A stretch of DNA of 64,000 nt, taken from the NCBI GenBank assembly GCA_964016885.1, contig OZ024741.1, forward strand, positions 18,600,001-18,664,000. The letters run 5' to 3'. Origin of the DNA: Eledone cirrhosa (taxonomy: Eukaryota). The notes under the pieces are model-generated. The model did not search any database. It was not told the origin of the DNA and worked only from the letters and a program-made list of their open reading frames with translations. A program made the position numbers and the translations under genes. Positions 53,601 to 64,000 of the stretch are shown here, in pieces (position 1 is the first letter of the stretch; every line of letters begins with the position of its first letter).

Positions 53601-56600
53601 CCGTTCTGTCTGATGTTCTAACGACTGTGCCATTCTATCTGTCGATCTAGCGACTGCCATTCTATCTGACGTTCTAACGACTCTGCCATTCCATCTGACG
53701 TTCTAACGACTCTGCGATTCTATCTGCCGTTCGAACGACTGCCATTCTACATAACCTTCTAACGACTGCCATTCTATCTGCCATTCTAACGACTCTGCCA
53801 TTCTATCTGACGTTCTAACGACTACCATTATATCTGATGTTCTAACGACTGCCATTCTATCTGACGTTCGGACGACTCTGCCATTCTATCTGACGTTCTA
53901 ACGACTGCCATTCTATCTGACCTTCTAAGGGCTGCCATTCCATCTGATATTCTAACTACTGACATTATATCTGACGTTCTAACGACTACCATTCTATCTG
54001 ATGTCCTAACAACTACAATTCTATCTGACGTTCGAACGACTGCCGTTCTATCTAACGTTATAACGACCGACATTCTATCAGACGTTCTAGCTACATCCAT
54101 TCTATCTGACGTTTTAACGACTGCCATTCTATCTGCCGTTCTAACGACTCTGCTATTCTGTCTGACATTCTAAAACTGCCATTCTATCTGACGTTCTAAC
54201 TACTGACATTCTATCTGACGTTCTAACGACTACCATTATATCTCATGTTCTAACGACTACCACTCTATCTGATGTTCTAACGACTCTGCCATTGTCTCTG
54301 ATGTCCGAACGACTACCATTCTATCTGACGTTCGAATGACTGCCATTCTATTTGACGTTCAAACGACTCTGCCATTCTTTCAGACATTCTAAAGACTGCC
54401 ATTCTATCTGACGTTCGAACTACTGCCATTCTATCAGACGTTCTAACGACTCTGCCGTTCTGTCTGATGTTCTAACGACTGTGCCATTCTATCTGTCGTT
54501 CTAGCGACTGCCATTCTATCTGACGTTATAACGACTCTGCCATTCCATCTGACGTTTTAACGACTCTGAGATTCTATCTGCCGTTCGAATGACTGCCATT
54601 CTATATGACCTTCTAACGACTGTCATTCTATCTGCCATTCTAACGACTCTGCCGTTCTATCTGACGTTCTAACGACTACCATTATATCTGATGTTCTAAC
54701 GACTGCTATTCTCTATGATGTCCTAACGACTACCATTCTATCTGACGTTCGTACGACTCTGCCATTCTATCTGACGTTCTAACGACTACCATTATATCTC
54801 ATGTTCTAACGACTACCACTCTATCTGATGTTCTAACGACTTTGCCATTCTCTCTGATGTCCTAACGACTACCATTCTATCTGACGTTCCAATGACTGCC
54901 ATTCTATTCGACGTTCAAACGACTCTGCCATTCTTTCAGACATTCTAAAGACTGCCATTCTATCTGACGTTCGAACAACTGTCATTATATCTGAAGTTCT
55001 AACGACTGCCATTCTATCTTAGGTTCGAACGACTGCCATTCTATCTGATGTTCTAACGACTGCCATTCTATCTGACCTTCTAAGGCTGCAATTCCATCTG
55101 AGATTCTAACTACTGACATTATATCTGATGTTCTAACGACTGCCATTCTATCTGATGTCCTAACGACTACAATTCTATCTGACGTTCGAATGACTGCCGT
55201 TCTATCTAACGTTATAACGACCGCCATTCTATCTGACGTTCTAGTGACTGCCATTTAATCTGATGTTTTAACGACTCTGCCATTCTATCTGCCGTTCTAA
55301 CGACTCTGCCATTCTATCTGACATTCTAAAGACTGCCATTCTATCTGACGTTCTAACTACTGACATTCTATCTGACGTTCTAACGACTACCATTATATCT
55401 CATGTTCTAACGACTGCCATTCTATACGATGTTCTAACGAATCTGCCATTCTATCTGACATTCTAAAGACTGCCATTTTATGTGACGTTCTAACTAACGA
55501 CTCTGCTATTCTGTCTGCCGTTCGAACGACTGCCATTCTATACGACGTTCTACCGACTCTGCCATTCTATCTGACATTCTAAAGACTGCCATTTTATGTG
55601 ACGTTCTAACTACTGACATTCTATCTGACGTTCTAACGACTACCTTTATATCTGATGCTCTTACGACTGCCACTCTATCTGACGTTCTAGCGTCTGTCAT
55701 TCCCTCTGACGTTTTAACGATTCTGCCATTCTATCTGATGTCCTATCGACTACCATTCTATCTGACGTTCTAACGAGTCTGCTATTCTATCTGCCGTTCG
55801 AACGACTGCCATTCTATATGACCTTCTAACGACTGCCATTCTATCTGCCGTTATAAAGACTCTGCCATTCTGTCTGACGTTCTAACGACTGCCATTCTAT
55901 CTAACGTTCTAACAACTGCCATTCTATCTAACCTTCTAAGGCTGTAATTTCATCTGAGATTCTAACTAGTGACATTATATCTGATGTTCTAACGACTGCC
56001 ATTCTATCTGACCTTCTAACGACTACAATGCTATCTGACGTTCGAACAACTGCCATTCTATCTAACGTTCTAACGACTGCCATTATATCTGACGTTCTAA
56101 CGACTGCCATTTTCTTTGTCGTTCTAGCGACTGCCATTCTATCTGACGTTCTAACAACTCTGCCTTTCCATCTGGCGTTCTAACTACTGACATTCTATCT
56201 CACGTTCGAACGACTGCCATTCTATGTGACGTTCTAACGACTGCCATTCTATCTGACCTTCTAAGGCCGCAATTACATCTGAGATTCTAACTACTGACAT
56301 TATATCTGACGTTCTAACGACTACCATTATATCTGATGTTCTAACGACTGCCATTCTATCTGATCTCCTAACGACTACATTTCTATCTGACGTTCGAACG
56401 ACTGCCATTCTATCTGACGTTCTAACGACTCCCATTCTATATGACGTTCTAGCGACTGCCATTCTGTCTGACGTTCTAACGACTCTGCCATTCTATCTGA
56501 TGTTCTAACGACTCTGCCATTCTAATGATTACCATTCTATCTGACATTCTAACGACTACCATTCTATCCGACGTTCTAACGACTGCCATTCTATCTGACG

Positions 56601-59600
56601 TTCGTACGACTGCCATTGTATCTGATGTTCGAACGACTCTGCCATTCTATCTGACATTCTAACGAGTGCCATTCTATCTGACGTTCTAACGACTCTGCCA
56701 TTCTATCTGACGTTCTAACGACTGCCAATTTTATCTGTTGTTCTAGCGACTGCCATTCTATCTGACGTTCTAACAACTCTGCCTTTCCATCTGACGTTCT
56801 TACTACTGACATTCTATCTCACGTTCCAATGACTGCCATTCTATACGACGTTCTAACGAATCTGCCATTCTATCTGACATTCTAACGACTGCCATTCTAT
56901 CTGACATTCTAACGACTGCCATTCTATCTGACGTTCTAACGACTGCCATTATATCTGATGTTCTAACGACTGCCATTCTATCTGATCTCCTAACGACTAC
57001 AATTCTATCTGATGTTCGAACGACTGCCATTCTATCTGACGTTCTAGCGACTGCCATTCTATCTGACGTTCTAACAACTCTGCCATTCCATCTGACGTTC
57101 TAACTACTGACATTCTATCTCCCGTTCGAACGACTGCCATTCTATACGACGTTCTAACGACTCTGCAATTCTATCTGACATTCTAAAGACTGCCATTCTA
57201 TCGGACGTTCAAACTACTGACATTATATCTGCCGTTCTAACGACTACCTTTATATCTGATGTTCTAACGAGTTCCCCTCTATCTGACGTTCTAGCGACTG
57301 CCATTCCCTCTGACGTTTTAACGACTCTGCCATTCTATCTGATGTCCTAACGACTACCATTCTATCTGTCATTAGAAAGACTGCCATTCTATTGAAACAT
57401 TCAAACGACTCTGCCATTCTATCTGACATTCTAAAGACTGCCATTCTATCTTAGGTTCGAACGACTGCCATTCTATCTGACGTTCTAACGACTGCCATTC
57501 TATCTGACCTTCTAAGGCTGCAATTCCATCTGAAGTTCTAACTACTGACATTATAACTGACGTTCTAACAACTACCATTATATCTGATGTTCTAACGACT
57601 GCCATTCTATCTGATCTCCTAACGACTACAATTCTATCTGCCGTTCGAACGACTGCAATTCTATCTAACGTTCTAACGACTGCCATTCTATCTAACGTTC
57701 TAGCGACCGCAATTCTATCTGACCTTCTAACGACTGTGCTTTTCTATCTGCCGTTCGAACGACTGCCATTCTATATGATATTCTAACGACTGCCATTCTA
57801 TCTGACGTACTAACGACTGCCATTCTATCTGACATTCTAAAACTGCCATTCTATCTGACGTTCTAACGACTACCATTATATCTGTCGTTCTAGCGACTAC
57901 CATTCTATCTGACGTTCTAACGACTCTGCCATTCCATCTGACGTTCTAACGACTCTGCCATTCCATCTGACGTTCTAACGAATCTGCTATTCTATCTGCC
58001 TTTCGAACGACTGCCATTCTATCTGACAATCTAACGACTGCCATTCTATCTGACGTTCTAACGACTCTGCCATTCTATCTGACGTTCTAACGACTGCCAT
58101 TCTATCTTACGTTCTAGCGACTTCCATTCTATCTGACGTTCTAACGACTCTGCCGCCATTTCGTCTGTCGTTCTAACGACTGCCATTCTATATGACCTTC
58201 TAACGACTGCCATTCTATCTGCCGTTCTAACGACTCTGCCATTCTAAATGACGTTGTAACGACTGCCATTTTATCTGAGGTTCTAACAACTGCCACTCTA
58301 TATGATGTTCTAACGGCTGCCATTCTATCTGACGTTCTAACGACTCCCATTCTATCTGATGTTCTAACGACTCCCATTCTATCTGATGTTCTAACGACTG
58401 CCATTCTATCGGACGTTCTAACGACTCCCATTCTATCTGACGTTCTAACAACTGCCATTCTATCTGACGTTCTAACAACTCTACCAATCCATCTGATGTT
58501 CTTACTACTGACATTCTATCTGACGTTCTAACGACTCCGCCATTCTATCTGACTTTCTAACTACTGGCATTCTATCTGACGTTCTAACGACTACCATTAT
58601 ATCTGATGTTCTGACGACTGCCATTCTATCTGATGTCCTAACGACTACAATTCTATCTGACGTTCGAAAGACTGCCATTCTATCTGACGTTTTAACCACT
58701 GCCATTCTATCTGACGTTCTAACGACGGTCATTCCATCTAACGTTCTAAAGACTGCCATTCTATCTGACGTTCTAACGACTGCCCTTCTATCTGACGTTC
58801 TAACGACAGCTATTCTATCTGTCGTTCTAGCGATTGCCATTCTATCTGACGTTCTAACGACTCTGCCATTCCATCTGACGTTCTAACGACTCTGCTATTC
58901 TATCTGACGTTCTAACGACTGCCATTCTATATAACCTTCTAACGACTGCCATTCTATCTGCCATTCTAACGACTCTGCCATTCTATCTGACGTTCTAACG
59001 ACTACCATTATATCTGTCGTTCTAGCGACTGCCATTCTATCTGACGTTCTAACGACTCTGCCATTCCATCTGACGTTCTAACGACTCTGCCATTCCATCT
59101 GACGTTCTAACGAATCTGCTATTCTATCTGCCTTTCGAACGACTGCCATTCTATCTGACAATCTAACGACTGCCATTCTATCTGACGTTCTAACGACTCT
59201 GCCATTCTATCTGACGTTCTAACGACTGCCATTTTATCTTACGTTGTAGCGACACTGCCATTCTATCTGACATTCTGGCGACTTGCATTCTATCTGACGT
59301 TCTAACGACTCTGCCGCCATTCCGTCTGTCGTTCTAACGACTGCCATTCTATATGACCTTCTAACGAGTGCCATTCTATCTGCCGTTCTAACGACCCTGC
59401 CATTCAAAATGACGTTCTAACGACTGCCAATCTATCTGACGTTCTAACTACTGACATTCTATCTGACGTTCTAACGACTGCCACTGAATCCGATGTTCTA
59501 ACGACTCTGCCACTCTATCTGATGTCCTAACGACTACAATTCTATCTGACGTTCGAACGACTGCCATTCTATCTGACGTTCCAACGGCTGCCATTCTATC

Positions 59601-62600
59601 TGACGGTCTAACGACTCTGCCATTCTATCTGACGTTCTAACGACTGCCATTCTATCTTACGTTCTAGCGACTTCCATTCTATCTGACGTTCTAACGACTC
59701 TGCCGCCATTCCGTCTGTCGTTCTAACGACTGCCATTCTAAATGACGTTGTAACGACTGCCATTTTATCTGAGGTTCTAACGACTGCCACTCTATATGAT
59801 GTTCTAACGGCTGCCATTCTATCTGACGTTCTAACGACTCCCATTCTATCTGATGTTCTAACGACTCCCATTCTATCTGATGTTCTAACGACTACCATTC
59901 TATCGGACGTTCTAACGACTCCCATTCTATCTGACGTTCTAACAACTGCCATTCTATCTGACGTTCTAACAACTCTACCAATCCATCTGATGTTCTTACT
60001 ACTGACATTCTATCTGACGTTCTAACGACTCCGCCATTCTATCTGACTTTCTAACTACTGGCATTCTATCTGACGTTCTAACGACTACCATTATATCTGA
60101 TGTTCTGACGACTGCCATTCTATCTGATGTCCTAACGACTACAATTCTATCTGACGTTCGAAAGACTGCCATTCTATCTGACGTTTTAACCACTGCCATT
60201 CTATCTGACGTTCTAACGACGGTCATTCTATCTAACGTTCTAAAGACTGCCATTCTATCTGACGTTCTAACGACTGCCCTTCTATCTGACGTTCTAACGA
60301 CAGCTATTCTATCTGTCGTTCTAGCGACTGCCATTCCATCTGACGTTCTAACGACTCTGCTATTCTATCTGACGTTCTAACGACTGCCATTCTATATGAC
60401 CTTCTAACGACTGCCATTCTATCTGCCATTCTAACGACTCTGCCATTCTATCTGACGTTCTAACGACTACCATTATATCTGATGTTCTAACGACTGCCAT
60501 TCTCTCTGCTGTCCTAACGACTACCATTCTATCTGACGTTCGAACGACTGCCATTCTATTTGACGTTATAACGACTCTGCCATTCTATCTGACATTCTAA
60601 ATACTGCCATTCTATCTGACGTTGGAACTAATGCCATTCTATCTGACGTTCTAATGACTGCCATTCCATCTTAGGTTCGAACGGGTGCCATTCTATCTGA
60701 CGTTGTAACGACAGTCATTCTATCTGATGTTCTAACGACTGCCATTCTATCTGACCTTTTAAGGGCTGCCATTCCATCTGATATTCTGACTACTGACATT
60801 ATATCTGACGTTCTAACGACTACTATTATATCTGATGTTCTAACGACTACTATTATATCTGATGTTCTAACGACTACTATTATATTTGATGTTCTAACGA
60901 CTACTATTATATCTGATGTTCTAACGACTCCCATTATATGTGATGTTCTAACGACTACCATTCTATCTGATGTCCTAACGACTACAATTCTATCTGACGT
61001 TGGAACGACTGTCGTTCTATCTAACGTTATAACGACCGCCATTCTATCTGACGTTCTAGCTACTGCCATTCTATCTGACGTTTTAACGACTCTGTCATTC
61101 TATCTGCCGTTCTAACGACTCTGCTATTCTGTCTGCCGTTCGAACGACTGCCATTCTATACGACGTTCTAACGACTGCCATTCTATCTGACATTCTAAAA
61201 CTGCCATTCTATCTGACGTTCTAACTACTGACATTTCTATCTGACGTTCTAACGAATACCATTATATCTCATGTTCTAACGACTGCCACTCTATCTGATG
61301 TTCTAACGACTCGGCCATTCTCTCTGATGTCATAACGACTACCATTCTATCTGACGTTCGAACGACTGCCATTCTATTTGACGTTCAAACGACTCTGCCA
61401 TTCTATCAGACATTCTAAAGACTGCCATTCTATCTGACCTTCTAAGGCTGCAATTCCATCTGAGATTCTAACTACTGACATTATATCTGATGTTCTAACG
61501 ACTTCCATTCTATCTGATGTCCTAACGACTACAATTCTATCTGACGTTCGAACGACTGCCGTTCTATCTAACGTTATAACGACCGCCATTATCTTTGACG
61601 TTCTAGCGTCTGCCATTCTATCTGACGTTTTAACGACTCTGCCATTCTATCTGCCGTTCTAACTAACGACTCTGCTATTCTGTCTGCCGTTCGAACGACT
61701 GCCATTCTATACGACGTTCTACCGACTCTGCCATTCTATCTGACATTCTAAAGACTGACATTCTATCTGACGTTCTAACGACTACCTTTATATCTGATGC
61801 TCTTACGACTGCCACTCTATCTGACGTTCTAGCGTCTGTCATTCCCTCTGACGTTTTAACGATTCTGCCATTCTATCTGATGTCCTATCGACTACCATTC
61901 TATCTGACGTTCTAACGACTCTGCCATTCTATTTGACGTTCTAACGCCTACCATTATATCTGATGTTCTAACAACTGCCATTCTATCTTAGGTTCGAACG
62001 ACTGCCATTCTATCTGATGTCCTAACGACTACAATTCTATCTGACGTTCGAACGACTGCCATTCTATCTAACGTTCTAACGACTGCCATTCTATCTGACG
62101 TACTAACGACTCTGCCATTCTATCTGACGTTCTAACGACTGCCATTCTATGTGACGTTCGAGCGACTGCCATTCTATCTGACATTCTAAAGACTACCATT
62201 ATATCTGATGTTCTAACGACTGCCATTCTCTCTGACGTCCTAACGACTACCATTCTATCTGACGTTCGAAAGACTGCCATTCTATCTGACGTTCGAACGA
62301 CTGCCATTCTATCTGACGTTTTACCGACCGTCATTCTATCTGACATACGAACGACTGCCATTCTATCTGACGTTCTAACGACAGTCATTCTATCTGACGT
62401 TCTGACGACTGCCATTCTATCTGACGTTCTAACGACTGCCATTCTATCTGATGTTCTAACGACTCTGCCATTCTAATGATTGCCATTCTATCTGACGTTC
62501 TAAAGACTACCATTCTATCCGACGTTCTAAGGACTGCCATTCTATCTGACGTTCGTACGACTTCCATTGTATCTGTCTGATGTTCTAACGACTCTGCCAT

Positions 62601-64000
62601 TCTATCTGACGTTCTAACTACTGACATTCTATCACACGTTCGAACGACTGCCATTCTATACGACGTTCTAACGACAGTGCCATTCTATCTGACATTCTAA
62701 TGACTGCCATTCTATCTTAGGTTCGAACCACTGCCATTCTATCTGACGTTCTAACGACTGCCATTCTATCTGACGTTCTAACGACTGCCATTCTATCTGA
62801 TCACCTAACGACTACAATTCTATCTGACGTTCGAACGACTGCCATTCTATCTAACGTTCTAACGACTGCCATTCTATCTGACGTTCTAGCGACTGCCATT
62901 CCATCTGACGTTCTAACTACTGACATTCTATCTGATGTCCTAACGACTACAATTCTGTCTGACGTTCGAACAAATGCCGTTCTCTCTAACGTTATAACGA
63001 CCGCCATTCTATCTGACGTTCTAGCGACTGCCATTCTATCTGACGTTTTAACGACTCTGCCATTCTACCTGCCGTTCTAACGACTCTGCTATTCTGTCTG
63101 CCGTTCGAACGACTGCCATTCTATACGATGTTCTAACGTCTCTGCCATTCTATCTGACATTCTAAAGACTGCCATTTTATGTGACGTTCTAACTACTGAC
63201 ATTCTATCTGACGTTCTCAACGACTTTGCTATTCTATCTGCCGTTCGAACGACTGCCATTCTATATTACCTTGTAACGACTGCCATTCTATCTGCCGTTA
63301 TAAAGACTCTGCGATTCTATTTGACGTTGTAACGACTGCCATTCTATCTGCCCATCTGCGATTCTAACTACTGACATTATATCTGATGTTCTAACGACTG
63401 CCATTCTATCTGATGTCCTAACGACTACAATTCTATCTGACGTTCGAACGACTGCCATTCTATCTAACGTTCCATCGACTGCCATTCTATCTGACGTTCG
63501 AACGACTGCCATTCTATCTAACGTTCGAACGACTGCCATTCTATCTGACGTTCGAAAGACTGCCATTCTATCTGACGTTCGAACGACTGCCATTCTATCT
63601 AACGTTCCATCGACTGCCATTCTATCTGACGTACTAATGACTGCCATTCTACCTGACGTTCTAACGACTGCCATTCTATCTGACGTTAGAGCGACTGCCA
63701 TTCTATCTGACATTCTAAAGACTACCATTATATCTGATGTTCTAACGACTGCCATTCTCTCTGATGTCCTAACGACTACCATTCTATCTGACGTTCGAAA
63801 GACTGCCATTCTATCTGACATTCGAACGACTGCCATTCTATCTGACGTCCTAACGACCGTCATTCCATCTGACATATTAACGACTGCCATTCTATCTGAC
63901 GTTCTCACGACTGCCATTCTATCTGACGTTTTCACGACTGCCATTCTATCTGACGTTTTAACGACTGCCATTATGTCTGATGTTCTAACGACTGCCATTC
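23577..64000. repeat. 27-bp satellite CTGACGTTCTAACGACTGCCATTCTAT with frequent 29-bp (+CT) variant, about 1,450-1,500 copies, runs off the right edge
   Basis: Read directly. The 9-aa period MAVVRTSDR in the ORF track and frame switches to ESLERQIEW at the 29-bp variants match the unit lengths. Confidence 0.98.

Noticed and set aside
23489-63998. Over 100 short MAVVRTSDR-type ORFs
   Set aside because: Translations of the 27-bp unit, broken by frequent 2-bp indels with no frame conservation.
23577-64000. CRISPR-like array (27-29 bp repeats)
   Set aside because: Units are head-to-tail with no unique spacers, there are no cas genes, and the context is eukaryotic.

Overview
Repeat-dominated eukaryotic (animal) DNA with no intact host gene. 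The SINE and microsatellite style recalls cephalopod/octopus genomes, but that is from memory and not verified. Three tandem arrays fill about 83% of the window: a 22/24-bp (GT)n-based minisatellite (1-11368), a 21-bp minisatellite (21718-23403) and a >40-kb 27/29-bp satellite (23577-64000). Nearly all long ORFs in the track are translations of these arrays. The 10-kb island between them holds a frameshifted R4/Dong-like RLE non-LTR retrotransposon sitting in (TATG)n, an RTE-like leader, a poly(A)-tailed element and tRNA-type SINEs. It also holds a cluster of up to four Penelope-type minimal type-I hammerhead ribozymes (16985-19116). Two of these form an outward-facing inverted pair around a duplicated GC-box/CCAAT spacer. 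The second main observation is that the 40-kb satellite runs in register into a SINE, and its monomer appears to be the amplified Pol III A-box head of that SINE.
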